A stretch of DNA of 64,000 nt from Centroscyllium fabricii (GCA_051313645.2 JBNRSN020000013.1:16802001-16866000); one strand, 5' to 3'; counted from the stretch's first letter, positions 23,661-36,346 are shown. Notes: generated by a model from the sequence alone, not told the origin. Numbers and translations: made by a program.

Positions 23661-25139
23661 GACTGGACCAGTAAGACTAGGAACTGGAATACTGAAAGCA
23701 TTCCAGTGATCAGCCATGATCAAATTGAATGGCGGAGCAGGCCTGAGGGGCTGAATGGCCTCCTCCTGTTCCAATGCCAACAGAATTATACAGTGCTCTC
23801 ACACATAGGAAGTTTCTGTTGCCTTTTACAACCCACCTTAAACCGATGAACATGTTTACTGTACAAGGTGCAATCTTTATGGTTTCAGTTTCTATTATTT
23901 TATCACTAACTTTTATTACAGAGCAAGAATATTTTTTAAACTATTGGGCCGGCTGCCATTTCTGGGCTCGATGGAGCTCATCCCAACAGTGGAGAAGGTG
24001 TAGACAGATTAGAGCCAAGATTTGGAGTTCCTTTTTATAAACCTCCACTGAGTTTGTCGTAAAATAAATAGCAGTGATGAAAACCAAAAAAGAGTAAAGC
24101 AGCTTATAAATCAGGTATGAAAACACAGCGACCACAACTGGTGCCACTGTTGGGAATGGCTGCACTGCAGAGGAATTGTCTTCACATACACTAACCCAGC
24201 CTGCCATACACCAGTGTGCTGAAATGCAGGGCCTTGACCATTAACGTCAGGTAATGTTTACCTTCAGTTGTCACCCTTCAGGTATTCAGCTGGACTGCCG
24301 ATTTTTGTAGCAGGATGTCGATTTTTGTTTTAGACATACATAAAAGGGACAAACCATGAACTGGGGAGGAAAAATAAAATCCACCATCTGCCGGCTATTT
24401 GTCTATTTTTTAGGTCGTCTCAACGTCTAACAGGAAGGTCGCCTCCAGTCAATGAAGCATAAAGTTCTTCCTGGTACAGCGTTTAATAAACAAAACTGAA
24501 TTCGGCGTGAAACTGTTCCCTGGCTTCTTCATACAAGTTAATTGCTCAATATCAGCCTTCGTAATAAAACAGAAAATGTTTTGACAGGTCCATCAGTGCC
24601 TAAAAAAGTAGCCCACAAAGTAGTTTAATATTTCAGGTAGCGATTTCTCCATTTTGACCGAAACCGTAACCTGTCTTTTGATGTTCCTGTTGTGTATTTC
24701 CCACATTTACGGCTTTATTTCAGATTCCCAGCATTTTCAATTTATAAAAAAGCTCTTCAGCAATTTATAGTGCTGTATTTTTTCCAATTATATTTTCAAC
24801 TGCAAAGTTAAGAATCAAGATGAGATAGTCACATCAGTTTTATTTTTGTTTTAAAGCAGGCTGTGGTTTTACATCAGTTTGCACAAGAACAATAGTGAAA
24901 TGGATTCAAATTCCCAGGAACTTTTCAGCAAGAACTCAGCTGGGGAAGGTCTCACACCTCACTGACCAGCCAGCATACTTTGTACCCTGTGCATATCGTA
25001 AATTGGGAGCCAGGGGAGCAGCCTCACACTAATTCAATAGCTTATTAAACATTGTAACGAGAAGAATTTGGAGCTTCATTCACGAGAGGAGTCCTTACTG
25101 TTAGATGCTAAAACAACCTGGAAAACTGGCCGAAAAGCA

Positions 25140-25201
25140 GGCAAACAATGGATTTTATTTTCCCCTGTTAGGCAAACAATGGATTTTATTTTCCCCTGTT
25201 A
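25140..25201. repeat. Exact 31-bp tandem duplication
   Basis: GGCAAACAATGGATTTTATTTTCCCCTGTTA x2. Confidence 0.9.
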
Positions 25202-25321
25202 GGCAAAAAGCAAAAAAAAAACTGCAAATGTTGGAAATCGAAAAAAATAAATCTGAAAATGCTGGAAACAATCAGCAACAGGTCAGGTAGCAACTGTGGA
25301 AAGAGGAACATCGATGTAACC

Positions 25322-25719
25322 CTGTCTACACCTTCTCCATTGTTGGGATGAGCGCCATAGAGCCCAGAAATGTCAGCCAACCAATAATTGTTAAAAATAT
25401 TCCTGCCCTACAATAAAAATGAGTGATAATGTAACAGAAACTAAAATTTATAACTGCACCTTGTACAGTAAACATGGTCATCGGTTTAAGGTGGGCCGTA
25501 AAAGACTACAGAAGCTTTCTATGTGCGAGAGCACTGTGTAATTACCATATTTTGGCATAGGGACAAGAGGAGGCCATTCAGCCCCTCAGGCCTGCTCTAC
25601 CATTCAATTAGATCCTGGCTGATCACTGCAATGCTTTCAGTATTCCGGCAACCCAGTCACGTTCCCAGTCTCATTGGTCCAGTTCTAAATGTGCCGGTCT
25701 CAAGCCAGCTGAGCAGTAT
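25322..25719. repeat. Right arm of local inverted duplication
   Basis: For example CTGTCTACACCTTCTCCA (25322) vs TGGAGAAGGTGTAGACAG (about 23990). Confidence 0.85.
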
Positions 25720-26680
25720 CTGCCATTTCCGCCACCTCCAGTGTGATTCCACCACCAAACGCATCTTCCCATCACCTCCCTTTCTGCATTGCGTAGGGAC
25801 CGCTCCCTCCGCGACACCCTAGTCCACTCCTCTACCACCCCAGCACCCCTTCCCCTTCACCTGGCCCCTTCCCGTGCAAGTGCAGGAGATGCAACGCATG
25901 CCCATATACCTCCCCCCTTCCCACTGTCCAAAGCCCCAAACACCCCTTCCAGGTGAAACAGTGATTTATGTGTACTTCCTACAATTTAGTATACTGTATT
26001 CGCTGCTCACGGTGTGGTCTCCTCTACATCGGGGAGACCAAACGCAGATTGGGTGACCACTTTGCGGAACACCTCCGTTCAGTCCGTAAGGAGGACCCTG
26101 AGCTCCTGGTGGCCTGTCACTTTAATTCTCCACTCCACTCCCATTCAGAGCTCACTGTCTGTGGCCTGTTGCATTGTTCCACGGAAGTCCAGCGTAAACT
26201 CAAGGAACAGCACCTCATCTTTCGCTCAGGCACTCTACAGCCCTCTGGACTAAACATAGAGTTCAACAATTTTAGATCATAACCTCAGCTCCTACCACGA
26301 TTTTTTAATATATATATATATATTTTCTCTCTTTTTTCAATCCACACTTTCGTCTGGGCTTTTTTCTTTACTTTGCCAGAGCCGTTCACACCTATCCAGA
26401 GCCATCCTGTGTTCCTTCAATTTCTCCGAATATCTGTTATCTCCCCGCCTTCTAGCCTGTTGCTGATCTTTCCTTTGTTCTTTAAGCCCCCCCCCCCTTT
26501 CCCCAGCCCCCACAAGCTTTAAAATCTATCCCCTCTCCCGGTTTCTCCAGTTCTGAAGAAAGGTCATCGACCTGAAACGTTAACTCTGTTTCTCTCTCCA
26601 CCGATGCTGTCTGGCCTGCTGAGTTTTTCCAGCGTTTTCTGTTGTTATTTCGGATTTCCAGCATCCGCAGTATTTTGCAT
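25720..26680 (+). mobile_element. Penelope-like (Neptune-type) 3' fragment
   Basis: Cys-rich linker then NLVYCIRCSRCGLLYIGETKRRLGDHFAEH GIY-YIG (ORF 25968..26282); terminal repeat with hammerhead. Confidence 0.93.
26549..26585 (+). ncRNA. Minimal hammerhead ribozyme motif, intact core
   Basis: AGTT-CTGAAGA-A-AGGTC-ATC-GACCT-GAAA-CG-TT-AACT. Confidence 0.78.
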
Positions 26681-27469
26681 CGGCCAGCCAATAATTCAGT
26701 GCTCCACAGGTGCTGCCTGATCTGCTGAGTGTTTCCAGCATTTTCAGACTTTTTTCCCCTTCCCAGTTTGTGACTTGTTTTTTTGAAATGGACATCACAA
26801 TATGGAGTTCTACAGGCCCTCCTTTCAGCCGAGGAACAATTGAGCATTGCAGGCTGTGGTTGTGTAAGCTCTGACCTGGATTAAGATTTTGTTTTTATAT
26901 CAAAATCTACATGTTGGTACATTTAAAACGGTTTCTAATTTTTTTTGCATTTAGGATGGTCCAAAGTACAGAATATATTTGCACGTTTTCCATTTTTCTG
27001 CATTCTAATTCTAGCCCTGCATGAGACAGAATCAAAAATTCATTAGCTGGAAAGATGGAACATCCTGAGGCTGTGAGAGATGCTGCATCAATACCAGTTT
27101 GTTATTTCCTATAAAGGAGTTTGTCGAAGGCAACTTCACGTGATTGGTGAATCTTAACGTGCTTTGGATCATCTGCTCTTGGGGTCATTCTGTAGATTTG
27201 CACAATGCAAACATTTAATTCCTGCCATCTGCCAACAGCAAGTCACCAATAACGTTATGGTGAAACATGGTCTGCCGCGAGAGCAAGTAGCAATGCAGAC
27301 TCAGATCCAGACATGGTGAAAAACGTCCAGGAAATAAATAGTCAATGTCAGGTCACATCTCCTCTGAGTTACATGCCCAGCTCTGCTTCATCTATGGCAT
27401 TACAAACACACTAAGTTCCACTGCAGGACTGAAAGAAGCGATTGCCTTTGTGGTCAGCTTTAAAGGCAA

Positions 27470-27728
27470 TATTGATATCAATGGACTGGTCAGGTGGGCA
27501 GAACAATGGCAAATGGAATTCAATCTGGAGAAGTGTGAGGTAATGCATTTGGGGAGGGCTAACAAGGCAAGGGAATACACTATAAATGGTAGGACACTGA
27601 GAAGTGCTGAAGATCAGAGGGACCTTGGAGTGCATGTCCACAGATCCCTGAAGGTAGCAGGACAGGTAAATAAGGTGGTTAAGAAGGCAGACGGGATACT
27701 TGCCTTCATTAGCCGAGGCATAGAATAG
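27470..27728 (+). mobile_element. CR1 internal RT fragment
   Basis: DINGLVRWAEQWQMEFN..KCEVMH...DLGVHVH. Confidence 0.88.
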
Positions 27729-27731
27729 AAT

Positions 27732-27958
27732 GTAGCAGAGCCTGGTCTCCAATCGTCTTGGATCTCCTTGCCATTGGACCAACACCTTGCCCTGTCAAGC
27801 CCGTGTGGTAGCTGGTGTGCAACAGCCACCCCACGTTAAAAGAATTCACGCACAGGTTATCTTCCACTCTTTAAAATGAAGTTCGGGCATCAGTCACCTG
27901 AGAACTCATTTTCCGTGCAAGTCATCCTCGGTTCCGAGGGATGGCCTGAGAAGCGAAG
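27732..27958 (+). mobile_element. Bipartite non-autonomous RTE-like element
   Basis: RTE-like 5' UTR ending in ATG AAG TTC GGG joined to a 3' end CAAGTCATCCTCG..CGAGGGATGGCC with short purine tail; AGAAT direct repeats. Confidence 0.55.
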
Positions 27959-28394
27959 AGAATTTGGGGGGCATCAAAAACAGTTGGGGCCCCCTTTGCA
28001 CCCGTTGTACAGAGAGCCGGCACAGGCAGTGATGGGCTGAATGGCCTCCTACTGTGCTGTAAAATTCTTTTTTCAAGTTTGATGTTCTCAAGTCTCTGGA
28101 GTGGGGCTTGAGCTCATGACCTACTGACTCCAGAAGGTGAGAGTTTTATCACTGAAACAAGGCTGACACCTGGCATTTCAAAGAGAATTGGGGAATTACA
28201 TAGAATATAGAGCACAGAAACGGGACATTGTTGAAGGCGGGTTGCATGCTGGTATTTGGACTCCTCACACCCCCTCTTCATTTGACCAAGAAAACAAGTG
28301 ACTGTACTACAAAAGTAATTCACTGGTTGAGAAGTAGTTTGGGACATCCTGAGGATGTGAAAGGCCCTATATAAATGGAATTTTGTTCTGCTTT

Positions 28395-29082
28395 CAAGTC
28401 AAGTCAAGTCAAGTTTATTGGTCGCATACATCATTATACATGTACAAAGTGTAGTGAAATGCTTAATCGCAAGCTCCCATGCCTGTGCTATCCGAATAAC
28501 AATAAATACAGATAATAATTACAAGAGGAAAAGCTAATAATAAAAATAGAATAACAGTTATTACGCCATTGTCAGGGAGCAGTGTACCGACTCTTGGCAG
28601 CATCTTCATTTAGGATCCGGATGGCTTGGGGATAGTAGCTCCTCCTCAGCCTCTCTGTGTTGGTCTTAATGCTGCGGTAGCGTTTTCCTGACCGTAGCAG
28701 TGAGAAGAGGCCACTGTTCGGGTGACTAGGATCCTTGATGACCTTCTTAGCCTTAGTCGTGCACCGTATGGTATAAATATCCTGCAGGTTAGGGAGTGCA
28801 CCCCCAGTGGTACGTTCTGCCAACCGTACTACCCTCTGCAGGGCTTTACGATCCTGTTCAATGCTATTTCCATACCAGACGGTGATGCTCCCCGACAGGA
28901 TACTCTCAATAGTGCATTTATAAAAGTTCTTGGGGGGACATTATAAACTTCCTCAGATGTCTAAGATGGCAAAGACGCTGCCGCGCCTTCTTCACCAAGG
29001 TGTCTATGTGTAGGGACCATGTCAGGTCCTCTGTAAGATGGACACCGAGGTACCTAAAATTACTCACCCTCTCCACTGGAGA
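28395..29082 (-). mobile_element. Rex1/Babar 3' fragment, second subfamily
   Basis: IKDPSHP..GLFSLLRSGKRYRSI motif; (CTTGA)n tail on the element strand. Confidence 0.88.
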
Positions 29083-30061
29083 GTTTTCTTTCTTGTAGCT
29101 ACAGGTAACATGGCTATACTACAGCACTGACTGAGTGACAAACATTAAATGAAACCCAGAACTTTCCAGGCTGTTGAAATGCAAAGGTGACCATAGAAAT
29201 GCTGTTCATAATGTAAGCGGGCCTCGTGGTGCAGAGGCACAATCCGGAGACTGGCTGAAGTTTAAAATCAAAGAATCTTTCCATTGTTCATTTCAAAGAT
29301 TTTCTAAAAGCAGTAAGTGCTGGTTCGTCTTGTTTTGTCAAAGTCTGGCACTCCATCAGAGTGAGGCCGAGAGACACATGTACAAAGTATTAACCAAACC
29401 TGCTTTGGCAACAAGTGACCCAATTTTATCTTCCTGTAAAAGATGCAATAAGATCACAAAGAACTTCCTGGAGCAAGAAAAAGAAAATCGCCAACATTAA
29501 TCAAATGGATCCAAAAACAAGCTGGTTCCTTTCCGACTGATGCTTAGTAACTTTATTCTGAGACTTGTAATCCTCCATCCACAGCACCTAACCCTATACA
29601 TCTCCCTGATTTCATTAGCAGGACTGGTTGAGGCTGTGGTTAATGTGGTTAGAGGAATCGAGTAATGACAATGAGGAGAAAGATTTTTTTTGCAACCATC
29701 ATCACTGCTGTAGCACAGCTAATGCTGAAAAAGTGGCTTTGGTACATATAGAGAGTCGATACCTGTTTTTTCTGGCTAGTGGTCCATTTTCTTTTAGTGG
29801 GCTGTCCATTTTTATTATTAAAACTGAGCAGGAAAAATCTGTTTTTAGTGCCTGCGGTCTGGTTTCCCTCCAGCTTTCTAGGCCACACACCATCTCAGGG
29901 ACTCCAAATTCCAATTGACCTTGTGTGGAGACTGTAGACTTTCTGCTATTCTCCGAGACCTGAGCTTTTAAGTCGGGCACATAGGAATCAATTAGCATCT
30001 GACTTCCTGCCCAATCCTGCTCCAGACCATGAAGCGCATACAGCAGCTATTTGTAACTAGT

Positions 30062-31147
30062 ACAACAACAGAAAATGCTGGAAAAACTCAGCAGGCCAGG
30101 CAACATCCGTGGAGAGAGAAATAGAGGGGGGGGGATTTTCATGTCCCCGTGAGGCGGGGTTTTCGGCGGGTCAGCCGGCAAAATAGCGCAACCAGTGGGT
30201 CGCGACCCCCCCCACCCCCCGCCGGATCCCTGCCGCTTTAACATTTTCCCCCGCCCTGATTCCCCGCCCCGAAACCTTCCTGCCGGCGGCCGACGGGGAT
30301 GGGTTGTCACTTCATTAAGGGCCCTTAATTGGCATGTTTAATGCCATTTTAATGGCCCTTAGCCATTTTTAGCCGTTTCCCACCCATTCTCCGTCACCTT
30401 AAACCCCGCTGGGAGCACAGCACTGGTCATTACTTTCTCCTTCAAGGTGTGAAGGACATGCTGCAAAATGCTTGGCATGCCTCCAGCACCTTAGAGGAGG
30501 AGTAAGTGGCTCCGATTGGGAGCACCAGCTGTGGGCAAAAACTGAGAAATCTCAGCTTTGCACGTTTCCTCACAGCCGGTGCCGAGCTGTCAAGGATTCG
30601 GAGCCTGCCCGCCCACCTGTCAGCCACCAGCACTTGACCTTTCCCATTGGTTTCACTCGACTGTGATGTCACAGTGGAGTGTTTCCATGGGAACTGTCAA
30701 CAACCAGTGCTGGAACTTTCAATCAAATTGCTCCATCCCCGCCACAGCCCCGACTCGATTGATTTAATTACCACCGGCTGCTGCAGGCGGGGATTTAACA
30801 ACTCAATTAAATGAAAATTGCATGGGGTTCCCCGGTCTCTGGCCAGGTGGGACAGGAACCCGCCCCGACCAACCCCCGCCAGGTTCCCGCACTTCCGGCA
30901 AAATCCCCCCCGTAGAGTCGACATTTCAGGTTAGAACCCTTTGTCAAGACTAAAGCAAGGAAATGAAAACAGGTAGGAAGGCCGGGGGCACTGGGAGGGA
31001 ACAAACGGGAAGAGAAAACAAGAGAGAAGAGAAAACAAAAGAGAAAAGACATTAAAAGGTATTCAAAATGAGACGAGATGCTGATGGGGCTGTCGACAGG
31101 ATACAGCTATATTTCGGATTTCCAGCATCTGCAGTATTTTGCTATCG
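30062..31147 (-). mobile_element. Penelope terminus with short inverted segment, interrupted by a MITE
   Basis: 14-bp TSD TATTTGTAACTAGT (30048-30061, 31148-31161). Confidence 0.85.
30125..30912. mobile_element. Harbinger-type MITE (sister of 9203-9969, opposite orientation)
   Basis: TIR GGGGGATTTT...AAAATCCCCC; TSD TAG (30122-30124, 30913-30915). Confidence 0.85.
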
Positions 31148-31559
31148 TATTTGTAACTAGTGTTGTCTTTAGTTTGTTTTTCTCATTTCTAGTACTGTAC
31201 TTCTTGTTCTGATTATGGAGATTAGGGAGAGCTAATGAGTTACTTTTGAAGCATAGGAATAGTGATGTAGAAGCAGCCAATCTGCGCATAGCAAGATTCC
31301 ACAAGCCACAAATGAAATGAATGGCCAGTTAATTTTTTTTTGCTATTGGTTGAGGGAAGAGTGCTAGCGAGGAGAACAACCTGCTATTCTTCAAAACAAA
31401 AAGAAAATACTGCAGATGCTGGAAATCCAAAATAAAAACAGAAAATGCTGGAGATACTCAGCAGGTCAGGCAGCAGCTGTGAAGAGAGAAACAAAGTTAG
31501 CGTTTCAGGTCAATGACCTTTCGTCATCTTTGAAAGAGCAGTCGCACTTAGTCCCACCT

Positions 31560-31968
31560 CCCCGCTTTTATCTCATGCTCAGGTGACCGTCCAACTCCTT
31601 TTTAAAACTATTTATGAAATTATCTTGCACCACCTTTTCAGACAGAGCATTTCAGATTCCGACAATTCTCTGAGTGAAAAAATTTCTCCTCATCTCCCTC
31701 CTAAATATTTTGCATCAATGACCTCTGGTTATTGGCTCACTCTCCGGAGGGAATAGTTTTACTCTCGCTATTCTATCAAAACCTCTCATCATCTTGAAAA
31801 TCTCTATTAGGTCACCTCTTAACCTTCTCTGTTCCAAGGAGAACAGTCCTAGCATTTCCAACCTCTCCTAATAACTGAAGTCCCTCATCCCTGATAACAT
31901 CCTGGTAAACATCCTCTGTACCCTTTCTGAGGCCTTTACATCTTTCCTGAAGTGTGATGCCCAGAACT
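31560..31968 (-). mobile_element. Old CR1 3' fragment
   Basis: Degraded homology to the CR1 ORF2 end (GGTCACCTCTTAACCTTCTCTG on +). Confidence 0.7.
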
Positions 31969-32240
31969 GATTTTAAAGGCAAGACTGTTGCCATTGAGCC
32001 AAGCTGACAGTAATAGACTGTGACACCTGTCTGTCCCTCTCATCAGTTGAGAATACCGACCAGTGCTAATATCTGGAAGCAGGTAAACCCAGAATAAAAT
32101 ATATAAAACAGCACATCATTAAAGCAGACAAGTTTGAGGAAAGTACTCACCAGTCCCTTGCCTCCTGTTGTGAAGGTTTTTCTCTGTCCTGGAACCCTTT
32201 CCACCTAGGTTGGGCTCCAGTCCCTTGCCTCCTGTTGTGA

Positions 32241-35200
32241 AGGGTTGCACCTGAACCGGAATGGGACCAATATCCTTGCGGGAAGGTTTGATAGTCGGGT
32301 TGGGGTGGGTTTAAACTAAATTGGCAGGGGGAGGGGACCCAGAGTGAAGGCATAAAGGGTAGGGGAATACAACCTAATAAAGGAAAGCAGACTAGACAGC
32401 AAAACAAGGTAGTATTAGGTCAGAGAATGAAAGGTATATATTTTAACGCAAGGAGTCTGACTAACAAGGTGGATGAGTTAAAGGTATTGGTTGACACATG
32501 GGAATATGATATAGTAGCTATCACGGAGACGTGGCTGAAGGAGGGGCAGGAATGGCAGCTAAATATTCCGGGGTATAGAATTTTCAGGCGGGACAGAGAC
32601 GAGGGAAAAAGGGGAGGGGGGGTAGCGATACTGATTAAGGATTCAATCACAGCCATCAGGCGGGTCGACCTAATGGATGATTCCTCAAACGAGGCACTAT
32701 GGGTGGAGGTAAAAAATAAAAAGGGGGGGGCACCTTACTGGGAGTATATTATAGACCACCAAACAGTAATGGGGAGATGGAGGGTAAGATATGTGAGCAA
32801 ATCACGAAGATAAGCGAAAATAACAAAGTAATAATATTAGGGGACTTTAATTTCCCCAACATCAACTGGGATTGTCAGAGTGTGAGGGGCACGGAAGGTT
32901 CAGCATTCTTAAAATGCAGCCAGGAGAGTTTTTTGAAGCAATATGTTGGGTCACCTACAAGGGGGGGGGGCGATACTAGACCTAATACTTGGGAACGAAG
33001 ACGGGCAGATAGAGGAGGTAACAGTGGGGGAGCACTTCGGGGATAGCGACCACAATTCAGTTAGTTTCAAGATTGTAATAGAGAAGGATAAAAATGGACC
33101 AGGGGTAAAAGTACTAAACTAGGGGAAGGCGGATTTCATTAAAATCAGGCGCGATGTAGCCGCAGTAGACTGGGGCCATCTTCTCAGAGGAAGATCTGCA
33201 TCAGAGCAGTGGGAGGCCTTCAGAGGGAAGGTCGGGAAGATACAGGAGGAACATATTCCTGCAAAAATCAAGGGCGGGGGAGGTAAACAAAGGGAACCTT
33301 GGATGTCTAGGGATATATGTAAATTAATGAAGAAAAAAAGGGGGGCCTTCAATGAATATAAACGGCTAAAAACTGAGGAGGCGCTAGGGGAGTATAAGAA
33401 GTATAGGGGGGAATTAAAGAAGGAGATAAGAAAAGCCAAGAGGGGTCACGAGATTGCAATGGCCGGCAAAATCAAGGATAACCCTAAGTCATTTTACAGT
33501 TATATAAAAAACAAAAGGATCACGAGGGAAAGAGTGGGGCCCATTAAGGACGATAGCGGAAAGCTGTGCGTCGAGCCCGAGGCGGTGGGGGAGGTACTAA
33601 ACGAATTTTTCTTTTCAGTATTCACAAGAGAGAGGGACGGAACCGACATCGTAATCGGACAGAGGGTAGGGGGGGTAATTGAGGATATTACCATTACAAG
33701 GGAAGAAGTACTAGAAATCTTGGGAAGCTTAAAGGTAGACAAATCACCAGGGCCGGACGCGATGTTCCCCAGGCTGCTGTTCGAGGCCAGGGAAGAGCTT
33801 GCGGGCCCCCTGTCTCAAATTTTCAGGTCCTCTCTCGCGTCAGGGGAGGTACCCGAGGACTGGAGAACGGCTAATGTAGTACCCCTGTTTAAAAAGGGTA
33901 GTAGGGACAAACCGGGTAACTATAGGCCAATCAGTCTTACATCTGTAGTGGGAAAAGTAATGGAAAAAATTCTGAGGGACAAAATCAGTCTGCATTTGGA
34001 AAGGCAGGGTCTGATAAGAGATAGTCAACATGGCTTCGTCAAAGGTAAGTCGTGCCTAACTAATCTCTTGGAATTCTTCGAAGAGGTAACAAAAAGGGTG
34101 GATGAAGGGAGTACGGTCGACGTGGTGTATATGGACTTCAGCAAGGCTTTTGATAAAGTCCCACATAGGAGACTGATAACAAAGGTAAAAGCACATGGGA
34201 TACAGGGCAACGTGGCACAGTGGATTCAAAATTGGCTGGGGGACAGGAGACAAAGGGTAATGGTAGAGGGCTGCTTCTGTGACTGGAAACCAGTAACCAG
34301 CGGTGTCCCCCAAGGATCGGTTTTGGGACCCTTACTGTTTCTAGTATACATTAATGATTTGGACACGGGAGTAGGGGGTACGATCAGCAAATTTGCTGAT
34401 GATACGAAAATTGGAAGGGTGGTAAATAACGATGAAGATAGTAAAAGGCTCCAGGAAGATATAAATGTAATGGTTAGTTGGGCAGAAAAATGACAAATGG
34501 AGTTCAACCCAGAGAAATGCGAGGTCATACAATTCGGCAGACCAAATGGGGTAAGGGAATATACCATGAACAAAAAAATGTTAGGTAGGACCGAGGAACA
34601 GAGGGACCTTGGGGTACAGGTGCACAGCTCCCTGAAGGTTGCTGGACACGTAAACAAGGTGGTTAAGAAGGCATACGGAATTCTGGCCTTTATTAACCAG
34701 GGCATAGTGTACAAAAGTAGGGAGGTAATGTTAAACTTGTATAACACGCTGGTGAGATCTCAGCTGGAGTACTGTGTGCAGTTCTGGTCACTGCACTTCA
34801 GGAAGGATGTGGTTGCCCTGGAGAGGGTGCAGAGAAGGTTTACCAGGATGATACCTGGTCTGGGGGACTTATGCTACGAGGAAAGGCTGGACAGGCTGGG
34901 GTTGTTTGCCTTGGAGAAGAGAAGATTGAGGGGCGACATGATCGAGGTATACAGGATCATGAGAGGACACGATAAGGTGGATAAAGGGGCATTGTTTCCC
35001 TTGGTGGGAGAGTCAAGTACCAGGGGACATAGATTCAAGATTAGGGGGGGGAGGTTTAGGGGGGAGGTAAGGAGAAATTTCTTTACTCAGAGGGTGGTGG
35101 AAGTGTGGAACTCCCTGCCTGTAAGGGTGGTGGAGGCAGAAACCATCGCAACATTTAAAAAATATTTGGACCAGCACATGAAGGACCGTAACATACAGGG

Positions 35201-35325
35201 TTATGGGCCAGATGCGGGCAAATGGGGTTAGTATAGTGAGGAGTTTCCTGGGCCGGTGCGGACTGGATGGGCCGAATGGCCTTTATCCGCACTGTAAAGT
35301 TTCTATGATTCTATGATTCTATGAT
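32241..35325 (+). mobile_element. Long CR1 LINE, subfamily B (end of esterase-type ORF1 plus complete but broken ORF2)
   Basis: GLHLN..GTNILAGRF ORF1 end; (TTCTATGA)3 tail. Confidence 0.96.
32427..35231 (+). pseudogene. CR1 ORF2 (APE endonuclease + RT) with frameshifts and stops
   Basis: YFNARSL, DIVAITETWL, LGDFN, SDH, KSPGPD, FADD spread over ORFs 32427, 32777, 33303 and 34497; frameshifts in poly-G runs; TAG at about 33120, TGA at 34491. Confidence 0.93.
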
Positions 35326-35423
35326 TTGTTCCCCACAATATTTCACTCACAATTGCAAAGATTATCAAGAGGCAGAATGACCATGGAGAAGAGTTGACTA
35401 ATATTGAAAACAGCTCCAGTATT

Positions 35424-35798
35424 AACATAGAAACATAGAACATAGGAGCAGGAGTAGGCCATTCATACCTTCGAGCCTGCTCCGTCATTCAATGAGATCA
35501 TGGCTGATCATCCAAACCCAGTACCCTGTCCCTCGATCCCTCTCGAGCCTGCACCAACACATATCCCACCCTATCCCTGTAACCCCACATATTCAATCCC
35601 CCTAACACTAAGGGTCAATTTATCATGGCCAATCAACCTAACCCGCACATCTTTGGACTGTGGGAGGAAACTGGAGATGCCCACGCAGACACGGGGAGAA
35701 TGTGCAAACTCCATACAGATAGTACCCGAGGCTGGATTTGAACCCGGGTCTCTAGTGCTGTAAGGCAACAGTGCTAACCACTATGCCACCGTGCCGCC
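35424..35798 (-). mobile_element. HE1-type V-SINE, tail type 2
   Basis: Same head and V-domain as 2876-3187 but with the CR1 subfamily A 3' UTR. Confidence 0.9.
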
Positions 35799-36346
35799 CA
35801 TGATCTGTTTACTGCATGATCAAAACATGCTTGTTGTGACATCTATCACCAGACTTTAACTTTCTCTCCATGTACTTGGATTAGTTCCCTCATTTCTAGC
35901 CTTTGGTTTGAAACAGGCCCTACTCATCAACAACCAAGAGCAAGCTAGAAAGAACAGAGGCATCTGGAACAATGTTGTCCTTACAGCTGCGCTGCAGTAA
36001 CAGAGCTAATAGTTATGATAGGTAAGAGCTATCTTTATTTTTTGAACTAAATATTACTGTTTTGTGCTGAGAAATGATAATTTCGATCATGCTTCCTGGA
36101 TCAGAGAAAAACTTCTTTCAGTAATAATCTAAAACTGGAAATACTTCTGAAGGGATGCCAAACATGAATGACAGATTAATAAACAGTGACAAATTGGAAC
36201 ATACCCTCCCTACCAATTAGCAGAACTGCACAATTTAAGGAACCTTTTCTGGCTCTAGAGCGTTCTCAATATTGCCATGCTCAATGGGCTTGGCTGGTCA
36301 CCATTTCAAGAATCAAATATTACCAGTGGCCCAGGTCTGAGACTGT

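Larger units (their letters stand above)
23098..24007. repeat. Left arm of local inverted duplication (interrupted by CR1 at 23138-23660)
   Basis: 23098-23137 and 23661-24007 are the reverse complement of 25322-25719. Confidence 0.85.

Noticed and set aside
24400-24492. Plus-strand acceptor followed by AATAAA (possible terminal exon)
   Set aside because: All three frames close quickly; cannot be supported without transcript data
29174-29998. Overlapping 80-108 aa ORFs in unique sequence (also 47613..47942)
   Set aside because: No recognisable homology and no convincing splice-site pairs
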